Below the pieces are notes generated by a model. That model was not told the DNA's origin and searched no databases. It worked only from the letters and a program-made list of their open reading frames with translations. A stretch of DNA of 24,000 nucleotides, from the NCBI RefSeq assembly GCF_055900655.2, contig NZ_CM148328.1; one strand, 5' to 3'. Position numbers and translations under genes: made by a program. Of this stretch, positions 8,505-16,267 are shown piece after piece (positions within the stretch are counted from its first letter, which is position 1; every line of letters starts with the position of its first letter).

Positions 8505-9381
8505 CGTATACAGCGAAAAGCGCCCGCCGGGCACGCTGCGTACCGCCTGGCGCAAATTTTATAGTGACGCCTCTGCGATGGTCGGCCTGTACGGCTGCGC
8601 GGGGCTGGCTGTACTGTGTATTTTTGGCGGCTGGTTTGCGCCTTACGGCATCGACCAGCAATTTCTCGGTTACCAATTATTGCCGCCGTCATGGTCGCGC
8701 TATGGCGAAGTTTCTTTCTTCCTGGGGACTGACGACCTCGGACGCGATGTTTTAAGCCGTTTACTGAGCGGAGCTGCGCCAACCGTGGGTGGCGCATTTG
8801 TGGTGACGCTTGCCGCGACGATCTGTGGCCTGGTACTGGGCACCTTCGCCGGGGCGACACACGGCCTCCGCTCAGCGGTGCTTAACCATATTCTGGATAC
8901 CTTACTGGCGATCCCTTCGCTGCTGTTGGCCATTATCGTTGTAGCGTTTGCCGGACCGAGTTTGTCCCACGCTATGTTTGCTGTCTGGCTGGCATTGCTG
9001 CCGCGTATGGTACGTTCGATTTACAGCATGGTGCATGACGAACTGGAAAAAGAGTACGTTATCGCCGCCCGTCTGGATGGCGCATCAACGCTGAATATTC
9101 TCTGGTTTGCTGTGATGCCAAACATCACCGCCGGGCTGGTCACCGAGATCACCCGCGCACTGTCGATGGCAATTCTCGATATCGCCGCGCTGGGCTTTCT
9201 CGATCTCGGCGCACAACTCCCCTCGCCTGAATGGGGAGCGATGCTCGGTGATGCGCTGGAACTGATTTATGTCGCCCCGTGGACTGTCATGCTGCCAGGT
9301 GCGGCAATTATGATTAGCGTGTTGTTGGTTAACCTCCTTGGCGATGGCGTTCGTCGTGCGATTATTGCGGGGGTGGAATAA
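8491..9381 (+). CDS. sapC: SapC, ABC transporter permease.
   Basis: A 296-aa polytopic membrane protein. An AAGGA Shine-Dalgarno lies before the ATG at 8491. Its stop shares one nt with the sapD ATG (TAATG). Confidence 0.96.
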
Positions 9382-10373
9382 TGCCATTACTCGATATTCG
9401 TAACCTGACCATTGAATTTAAAACCGGTGATGAGTGGGTTAAAGCCGTCGACCGGGTAAGTATGACCTTAACCGAAGGTGAAATCCGCGGTCTTGTTGGT
9501 GAATCCGGTTCCGGCAAGAGTTTGATTGCGAAAGCGATTTGTGGGGTGAATAAAGATAACTGGCGTGTTACTGCTGACCGTATGCGTTTTGATGATATCG
9601 ATTTGCTGCGTCTCTCCGCACGCGAACGGCGCAAACTGGTTGGCCATAACGTGTCGATGATTTTCCAGGAACCGCAGTCGTGTCTTGACCCTTCAGAACG
9701 TGTGGGTCGCCAGTTGATGCAAAACATCCCAGCCTGGACCTATAAAGGCCGTTGGTGGCAGCGTTTTGGCTGGCGCAAACGCCGTGCCATTGAACTGCTG
9801 CACCGCGTGGGGATTAAAGATCACAAAGATGCGATGCGCAGTTTTCCCTATGAGTTGACCGAAGGTGAATGTCAGAAAGTGATGATAGCCATTGCACTGG
9901 CGAATCAACCGCGTCTGCTGATTGCTGACGAACCGACCAACTCAATGGAGCCAACAACCCAGGCGCAAATCTTTCGCCTGCTGACGCGTCTCAACCAAAA
10001 CAGCAATACCACTATTTTGCTTATCAGCCATGACTTACAAATGCTTAGCCAATGGGCGGATAAAATTAACGTGCTTTACTGCGGTCAAACAGTGGAAACC
10101 GCGCCGAGTAAGGAGTTGGTGACGATGCCACATCATCCTTATACCCAGGCGCTGATCCGCGCGATACCAGACTTCGGCAGCGCGATGCCGCATAAAAGTC
10201 GCCTCAATACGCTGCCCGGCGCTATCCCACTGCTGGAACAGTTACCGATTGGTTGTCGTCTGGGGCCACGTTGCCCGTATGCACAACGAGAATGCATTGT
10301 GACGCCACGTTTGACGGGGGCGAAAAATCATCTCTATGCCTGTCATTTCCCGCTGAACATGGAGAAAGAGTGA
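9381..10373 (+). CDS. sapD: SapD (TrkE), ABC ATPase with an Opp/Dpp-type C-terminal extension.
   Basis: 330 aa. It has Walker A GESGSGKS, Walker B LLIADEPT, an atypical signature LTEGE, and a C-terminal cysteine pattern of C292-x5-C298-x6-C305...C321. Confidence 0.96.
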
Positions 10374-10374
10374 G

Positions 10375-11181
10375 ATGATCGAAACGCTGCTTGAAGTGCG
10401 TAATTTAAGTAAAACGTTCCGCTACCGGACCGGCTGGTTTCGTCGTCAGACCGTAGAAGCGGTAAAACCCTTGAGCTTTACGCTACGTGAAGGCCAGACA
10501 CTGGCGATTATTGGCGAGAATGGTTCGGGTAAATCCACGCTGGCAAAAATGCTGGCGGGAATGATAGAGCCTACCAGCGGCGAGTTATTGATTGACGATC
10601 ATCCACTGCATTTTGGCGATTATTCCTTCCGCAGTCAGCGTATTCGCATGATTTTTCAGGATCCTTCGACCTCGTTGAATCCCCGTCAACGTATCTCGCA
10701 AATTCTGGATTTTCCACTGCGCCTGAACACCGACCTGGAACCGGAACAGCGTCGCAAACAGATTATTGAAACGATGCGTATGGTTGGGCTGCTACCGGAT
10801 CACGTCAGTTACTATCCGCATATGTTGGCACCCGGACAAAAACAGCGTCTGGGTCTGGCGCGCGCGCTGATATTGCGCCCAAAAGTCATTATTGCCGATG
10901 AAGCCCTCGCTTCACTGGATATGTCGATGCGTTCGCAGTTGATTAATCTGATGCTGGAATTACAGGAAAAACAGGGCATTTCGTATATTTATGTTACCCA
11001 GCATATCGGAATGATGAAGCACATTAGCGACCAGGTGCTGGTGATGCATCAGGGCGAGGTTGTCGAGCGAGGCAGCACCGCGGATGTGCTGGCATCGCCG
11101 CTGCATGAACTCACCAAACGGCTGATTGCCGGGCACTTTGGCGAAGCATTGACAGCGGATGCGTGGCGTAAAGATCGCTAA
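10375..11181 (+). CDS. sapF: SapF, ABC ATPase.
   Basis: 268 aa. It has Walker A GENGSGKS, signature LAPGQ and Walker B VIIADEAL. It starts 1 nt after the sapD stop. Confidence 0.96.
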   Translation: MIETLLEVRNLSKTFRYRTGWFRRQTVEAVKPLSFTLREGQTLAIIGENGSGKSTLAKMLAGMIEPTSGELLIDDHPLHFGDYSFRSQRIRMIFQDPSTSLNPRQRISQILDFPLRLNTDLEPEQRRKQIIETMRMVGLLPDHVSYYPHMLAPGQKQRLGLARALILRPKVIIADEALASLDMSMRSQLINLMLELQEKQGISYIYVTQHIGMMKHISDQVLVMHQGEVVERGSTADVLASPLHELTKRLIAGHFGEALTADAWRKDR

Positions 11182-11208
11182 TTTTCTGAATCCTCCTTCC
11201 AGATTATC

Positions 11209-11251
11209 CACCTCATTCTGACAAGAGATTAAATCTTGTCAGAATGAGGTG
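11209..11251 (+). other. Perfect 18-bp stem / 7-nt loop hairpin at the sapF 3' end that covers the ycjD translation start.
   Basis: cacctcattctgacaaga (11209-11226) is the exact reverse complement of tcttgtcagaatgaggtg (11234-11251). No U-tract follows on either strand. Confidence 0.8.
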
Positions 11252-11602
11252 ATGGATAAAATAAAATCAAATGCGCGTGATTTAAGACGCAATCTCACTT
11301 TGCAGGAACGAAAGCTCTGGCGATATCTTCGCAGCCGACGTTTTGGTGATTTCAAATTTCGCCGTCAACATCCGGTGGGGAGCTACATTCTCGATTTTGC
11401 TTGCTGCTCGGCGCGCGTAGTCGTTGAGCTGGATGGTGGGCAGCATGATTTGGCAGTTGCCTATGATACCAGGCGCACTAGCTGGCTTGAGTCGCAGAGC
11501 TGGACCGTGCTGCGTTTCTGGCATAACGAGATTGATTGTAATGAGGAGGCGGTGCTGGAGATTATTCTGCAGGAACTGAACCGCCGGTCACCCTCACCCT
11601 GA
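11249..11602 (+). CDS. ycjD: YcjD, a DUF559 protein with a Vsr / restriction-endonuclease-like fold.
   Basis: The 117-aa ORF runs MMDKIKSNARDLRRNLTLQERKLWRYLRSRRF...ILDF...VVVELDGGQHD and carries a PD-(D/E)xK-like D...ExD core. The first codon is GTG at 11249, and an ATG follows at 11252. Confidence 0.88.
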   Translation: MMDKIKSNARDLRRNLTLQERKLWRYLRSRRFGDFKFRRQHPVGSYILDFACCSARVVVELDGGQHDLAVAYDTRRTSWLESQSWTVLRFWHNEIDCNEEAVLEIILQELNRRSPSP

Positions 11603-11615
11603 AAGGGCGAGGGGG
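11588..11615. repeat. GC-rich imperfect palindrome overlapping the ycjD stop.
   Basis: ccctcaccct-gaa-agggcgaggg forms a 10-bp stem with one mismatch. It belongs to the CCCTC/GAGGG-type enterobacterial intergenic repeats. I am not sure of the family name. Confidence 0.6.
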
Positions 11616-11650
11616 CCGACCGAGCCGAATAGCTGTTGTGGTGAAAACAT

Positions 11651-11720
11651 GGAGACAGTGCTGGAGAATATTCGGCAAGGTCTGAACCATCCCAGCCATC
11701 GCCATAAAAGGGTTAGGGGC
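11651..11720 (+). repeat. Degenerate second copy of the ycjD 3' end plus its palindrome.
   Basis: 11651-11692 aligns to 11545-11586 at about 33 of 42 identical positions by my hand count. The encoded ETVLENIRQGLN parallels EAVLEIILQELN. 11706-11720 (aaaagggttaggggc) parallels 11601-11615 (gaaagggcgaggggg). The offset is about 105 bp. Confidence 0.6.
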
Positions 11721-11768
11721 TGTATGAGCCTGTTTGTTGCTGGGGTAACAATATTTGCACAATATGGT

Positions 11769-11805
11769 CCCCTCGCCCCTCTGGGGAGAGGGTTAGGGTA
11801 AGGGG
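11769..11805. repeat. Third GC-rich palindromic repeat.
   Basis: cccctcgcccctctggggagagggttagggtaagggg has C-rich and G-rich arms of the same CCCTC/GAGGG type as 11588-11615. Confidence 0.55.
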
Positions 11806-11876
11806 AAAAGCGCCCACCCTGCCGCAGCCTGCTCCGGTCGGACCTGGCAACTATAGCTACTCACAGCCAGGTTGAT

Positions 11877-11882
11877 TATAAT
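11877..11882 (+). promoter_or_regulatory. Candidate -10 hexamer upstream of fabI.
   Basis: A perfect TATAAT lies about 88 bp upstream of the fabI ATG, within ttgattataat. I found no convincing -35, so this is tentative. Confidence 0.3.
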
Positions 11883-11969
11883 AACCGTTTATCTGTTCGT
11901 ACTGTTTACTAAAACGACGAATCGCCTGATTTTCAGGCACAACAAGCATCAACAATAAGGATTAAAGCT

Positions 11970-12758
11970 ATGGGTTTTCTTTCCGGTAAGCGCATTCTGG
12001 TAACCGGTGTTGCCAGCAAACTATCCATCGCCTACGGTATCGCTCAGGCGATGCACCGCGAAGGAGCTGAACTGGCATTCACCTACCAGAACGACAAACT
12101 GAAAGGCCGCGTAGAAGAATTTGCCGCTCAATTGGGTTCTGACATCGTTCTGCAGTGCGATGTTGCAGAAGATGCCAGCATCGACACCATGTTCGCTGAA
12201 CTGGGGAAAGTTTGGCCGAAATTTGACGGTTTCGTACACTCTATTGGTTTTGCACCTGGCGATCAGCTGGATGGTGACTATGTTAACGCCGTTACCCGTG
12301 AAGGCTTCAAAATTGCCCACGACATCAGCTCCTACAGCTTCGTTGCAATGGCAAAAGCTTGCCGCTCCATGCTGAATCCGGGTTCTGCCCTGCTGACCCT
12401 TTCCTACCTTGGCGCTGAGCGCGCTATCCCGAACTACAACGTTATGGGTCTGGCAAAAGCGTCTCTGGAAGCGAACGTGCGCTATATGGCGAACGCGATG
12501 GGTCCGGAAGGTGTGCGTGTTAACGCCATCTCTGCTGGTCCGATCCGTACTCTGGCGGCCTCCGGTATCAAAGACTTCCGCAAAATGCTGGCTCATTGCG
12601 AAGCCGTTACCCCGATTCGCCGTACCGTTACTATTGAAGATGTGGGTAACTCCGCGGCATTCCTGTGCTCCGATCTCTCTGCCGGTATCTCCGGTGAAGT
12701 GGTCCACGTTGACGGCGGTTTCAGCATCGCTGCAATGAACGAACTCGAATTGAAATAA
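11970..12758 (+). CDS. fabI: Enoyl-ACP reductase (NADH) FabI.
   Basis: The 262-aa [43 protein letters not shown]... is recognised as FabI. An AAGGA Shine-Dalgarno precedes the ATG. Confidence 0.98.
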
Positions 12759-12778
12759 TCATTCTGTTGGTAAATATT

Positions 12779-12806
12779 GGGCGGCGTTCTGCCGCCCGTT
12801 ATCTCT
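12779..12806 (+). terminator. Likely intrinsic terminator of fabI.
   Basis: gggcggc-gttct-gccgccc forms a 7-bp GC stem, followed by the T-rich gttatctctgtt. Confidence 0.7.
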
Positions 12807-12902
12807 GTTATACCTTTCTGATATTTGTTATCGCCGATCCGTCTTTCTCCCCTTCCCGCCTTGCGTCAGGATAACGATTTCCTTTACGACCAAGGAGCGC
12901 CC

Positions 12903-14030
12903 ATGGAACAACGCCACATCACCGGCAAAAGCCACTGGTATCATGAAACGCAATCCAGTACTGCGGAGTATGACGTTCTGCCTCTGGTCCCGGAAGCCGC
13001 AAAGGTCAGCGATCCCTTTCTGCTCGACGTGATCCTTGATGAAGAAACGCTGGCTCCCTTCCTTTCATGGCTGGTCCCTGCGCGCGTTCTTGCAGTGGAA
13101 TTGTTCCCTGACCAGCTTACCGTGACCCGTTCACAGACCTTCACCGCTTATGAACGCTTGTCTACGGCCCTGACGGTTGCTCAGGTTTGCGGCGTCCAGC
13201 GGTTATGTAACTACTATTCGGCGCGACTTACGCCGCTCCCCGGGCCTGATTCCTCCAGGGAAAGCAATCATAGGTTGGCACAAATCACGCAATATGCCCG
13301 CCAACTGGCTAGCTCGCCTTCTATTATCGACAACCGATCGCGCCAGCATCTGAATGACGTCGGTCTTACTGCCGGGGACTGTGTGATCATTAACCAAATC
13401 ATTGGTTTTATTGGCTTTCAGGCGCGGACCATTGCGACATTTCAGGCTTATCTCGGGCACCCGGTACGCTGGTTACCCGGTCTGGAAATACAAAACTACG
13501 CCGACGCGTCACTGTTTGCTGATGAATCAATACGCTGGCGAAGCAGCTATGAGGTGGAAAAACTACCTGAAGAGTACACAAAAAGTTCAACAGCAGAACT
13601 TTGCCAACTGGCCGAAACACTCTCTCTCCACCCTATTTCACTTTCCCTTCTCGAAAGGTTGTTAAACAGTACACGGGTTAATACACAGCCGGATAATAAG
13701 CTTGCGGCGTTGTTATGCGCGCGGATAAATGGCAGTCCTGCTTGTTTTGCCGCCTGTATGGATTCATCAAATGAATATAAAAAAATCAGCCCCCTTCTGC
13801 GCAAGGGCGAAAATGAAATTAACCAATGGGCTGACCGTCATTCTGTTGAGCACGCTACCGTTCAGGCGATACAATGGCTGACCCGAGCACCCGATCGCTT
13901 TAGCGCCGCCCAGTTCAGCCCTTTACTCGAACACGAAAAATCATCAACGCAGATTATTAATCTGCTGGTATGGAGCGGGCTGTGTGGCTGGATAAATCGC
14001 TTAAAAATCGCGTTGGGTGAGACATATTAA
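12903..14030 (+). CDS. yciW: YciW, a CMD/AhpD-like (carboxymuconolactone decarboxylase family) protein of uncertain function.
   Basis: The track ORF starts at a TTG at 12825. The ATG at 12903 follows an AAGGAG Shine-Dalgarno at a 5-nt spacing and gives the 375-aa [17 protein letters not shown]... protein. Confidence 0.9.
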   Translation: MEQRHITGKSHWYHETQSSTAEYDVLPLVPEAAKVSDPFLLDVILDEETLAPFLSWLVPARVLAVELFPDQLTVTRSQTFTAYERLSTALTVAQVCGVQRLCNYYSARLTPLPGPDSSRESNHRLAQITQYARQLASSPSIIDNRSRQHLNDVGLTAGDCVIINQIIGFIGFQARTIATFQAYLGHPVRWLPGLEIQNYADASLFADESIRWRSSYEVEKLPEEYTKSSTAELCQLAETLSLHPISLSLLERLLNSTRVNTQPDNKLAALLCARINGSPACFAACMDSSNEYKKISPLLRKGENEINQWADRHSVEHATVQAIQWLTRAPDRFSAAQFSPLLEHEKSSTQIINLLVWSGLCGWINRLKIALGETY

Positions 14031-14097
14031 CCTTGCCGCGTCAGACAGATTCGCGTAAAACTGTCAGCCGCTCTAATGGCCACCAAAATAGACAATT

Positions 14098-16032
14098 ATG
14101 TTTCAGGACAACCCGCTGCTAGCGCAGCTTAAACAGCAACTGCATTCCCAGACGCCACGCGCTGAAGGGGTGGTAAAAGCCACAGAAAAAGGCTTTGGCT
14201 TCCTGGAAGTCGACGCGCAAAAAAGTTATTTCATTCCGCCGCCGCAGATGAAAAAAGTCATGCATGGCGACCGAATTATCGCGGTGATCCACAGTGAAAA
14301 AGAACGTGAATCCGCAGAGCCAGAAGAACTGATTGAACCGTTCCTGACTCGTTTCGTGGGTAAAGTTCAGGGCAAAAATGACCGTCTGGCCATCGTTCCT
14401 GATCATCCACTCTTAAAAGACGCCATTCCTTGCCGCGCAGCCCGTGGCCTGAACCACGAGTTTAAAGAAGGCGACTGGGCGGTTGCCGAAATGCGCCGTC
14501 ATCCGCTGAAAGGCGATCGTTCTTTCTATGCTGAACTGACACAATACATCACTTTTGGTGACGACCACTTTGTACCGTGGTGGGTTACCCTTGCGCGCCA
14601 TAATCTGGAAAAAGAAGCACCAGACGGCGTCGCTACCGAAATGCTCGATGAAGGTCTGGTTCGTGAAGATCTGACCGCGCTGGATTTTGTCACCATCGAC
14701 AGTGCCAGCACAGAAGATATGGATGACGCCCTTTTCGCTAAGGCGTTGCCGGATGACAAACTTCAGCTGATTGTGGCGATTGCCGATCCAACCGCGTGGA
14801 TTGCTGAAGGCAGCAAGCTGGACAAAGCCGCGAAAATTCGCGCATTCACCAACTATCTGCCTGGCTTCAACATCCCTATGCTGCCTCGCGAGCTTTCTGA
14901 CGATCTCTGCTCACTGCGCGCCAATGAAGTCCGCCCGGTACTGGCATGCCGCATGACGCTCTCCGCTGATGGCACCATTGAAGATAATATCGAATTCTTT
15001 GCCGCCACCATCGAATCCAAAGCAAAGCTGGTGTATGACCAGGTTTCTGACTGGCTGGAAAATACCGGTGACTGGCAGCCTGAAAGTGAAGCAATTGCCG
15101 AACAAGTCCGTTTGCTAGCGCAAATTTGCCAACGCCGCGGCGAGTGGCGTCATAATCACGCACTGGTGTTTAAAGATCGCCCGGATTACCGCTTTATTCT
15201 CGGTGAAAAAGGTGAAGTGCTGGATATCGTCGCCGAGCCTCGTCGCATTGCCAACCGTATCGTCGAAGAAGCGATGATTGCCGCTAACATTTGTGCGGCC
15301 CGCGTACTGCGCGATAAGCTCGGTTTTGGCATCTATAACGTGCATATGGGCTTTGATCCGGCGAATGCCGACGCGCTGGCAGCGTTGCTGAAAACGCACG
15401 GTCTGCATGTCGATGCCGAAGAAGTGCTCACGCTGGACGGTTTCTGCAAACTGCGTCGTGAACTGGACGCGCAACCAACTGGTTTCCTCGACAGCCGCAT
15501 TCGTCGCTTCCAGTCATTTGCTGAAATTAGCACTGAACCCGGTCCTCACTTTGGCCTCGGTCTGGAAGCATACGCCACCTGGACTTCGCCGATCCGTAAA
15601 TATGGCGACATGATCAACCACCGTCTGCTGAAAGCGGTTATCAAAGGCGAAACTGCGACGCGCCCACAGGATGAAATCACTGTCCAAATGGCCGAGCGTC
15701 GCCGTCTCAACCGGATGGCAGAACGTGATGTTGGCGACTGGTTATACGCACGCTTCCTGAAAGACAAAGCCGGGACCGACACCCGTTTCGCGGCGGAAAT
15801 TGTCGATATCAGCCGTGGCGGCATGCGTGTGCGTTTGGTTGATAACGGCGCTATCGCCTTTATTCCGGCACCTTTCTTACACGCTGTGCGCGATGAACTG
15901 GTTTGCAGCCAGGAAAACGGCACTGTACAAATTAAAGGTGAAACGGTTTACAAAGTGACTGACGTTATTGACGTCACTATTGCCGAAGTCCGCATGGAAA
16001 CCCGCAGCATTATTGCGCGCCCGGTCGCGTAA
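14098..16032 (+). CDS. rnb: Exoribonuclease II (RNase II).
   Basis: The 644-aa [42 protein letters not shown] has cold-shock-like domains, an RNB catalytic domain ([14 protein letters not shown]) and a C-terminal S1 domain. Confidence 0.98.
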   Translation: MFQDNPLLAQLKQQLHSQTPRAEGVVKATEKGFGFLEVDAQKSYFIPPPQMKKVMHGDRIIAVIHSEKERESAEPEELIEPFLTRFVGKVQGKNDRLAIVPDHPLLKDAIPCRAARGLNHEFKEGDWAVAEMRRHPLKGDRSFYAELTQYITFGDDHFVPWWVTLARHNLEKEAPDGVATEMLDEGLVREDLTALDFVTIDSASTEDMDDALFAKALPDDKLQLIVAIADPTAWIAEGSKLDKAAKIRAFTNYLPGFNIPMLPRELSDDLCSLRANEVRPVLACRMTLSADGTIEDNIEFFAATIESKAKLVYDQVSDWLENTGDWQPESEAIAEQVRLLAQICQRRGEWRHNHALVFKDRPDYRFILGEKGEVLDIVAEPRRIANRIVEEAMIAANICAARVLRDKLGFGIYNVHMGFDPANADALAALLKTHGLHVDAEEVLTLDGFCKLRRELDAQPTGFLDSRIRRFQSFAEISTEPGPHFGLGLEAYATWTSPIRKYGDMINHRLLKAVIKGETATRPQDEITVQMAERRRLNRMAERDVGDWLYARFLKDKAGTDTRFAAEIVDISRGGMRVRLVDNGAIAFIPAPFLHAVRDELVCSQENGTVQIKGETVYKVTDVIDVTIAEVRMETRSIIARPVA

Positions 16033-16041
16033 TCTCCTTTC

Positions 16042-16075
16042 ACGGCCCATTCCTCATGGATGGGCCGTTTATTTC
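16042..16075 (+). terminator. Intrinsic terminator of rnb.
   Basis: acggcccat (16042-16050) pairs with atgggccgt (16060-16068), followed by ttatttcc. Confidence 0.8.
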
Positions 16076-16267
16076 CCCGCTCTACCTTCGTTATATCCAG
16101 GCAGATTTTTTAACTGACTTTCGTTTGAAAACTGGCGTTTTTCCAAAACTGGATTACAAATAAATATATAAAAAAAACAATGCGTTTAGCCGCCGTTAAT
16201 TTCATGTAAGTCATGTTGTTCCTTTTATTTAACCGCGGACTCCGCAGTTAACCGGAGGATATGCATC

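Noticed and set aside
8378-8860. A 160-aa minus-strand ORF spanning the sapB/sapC junction. Similar antisense ORFs occur at 6064-6456, 6965-7429, 7727-8155 and 9362-9727.
   Set aside because: The translations are rich in Arg, Pro and Ser, as expected for the reverse frame of GC-rich membrane or ABC genes. They lie entirely inside well-supported sap genes and have no ribosome-binding sites.
11562-11762. A 66-aa minus-strand ORF across the ycjD tail and the GC-rich repeats.
   Set aside because: It is generated by the repeat sequence itself (runs of PPRPFRVRV). The region is better explained as a decayed duplicate plus palindromes.
12021-12707. A 228-aa ORF antisense to almost all of fabI.
   Set aside because: This is a typical shadow ORF opposite a highly expressed, strongly codon-biased gene. 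It has no Shine-Dalgarno, and its composition is low-complexity and rich in Arg, Gly and Phe. fabI on the plus strand is unambiguous.
16128-16152. A direct repeat of aaaactgg (16128-16135 and 16145-16152), plus an A8 run (16171-16178), upstream of pdeR.
   Set aside because: An 8-mer repeat in AT-rich promoter DNA is well within chance expectation. It may contribute to DNA curvature, but I cannot assign it a specific function.
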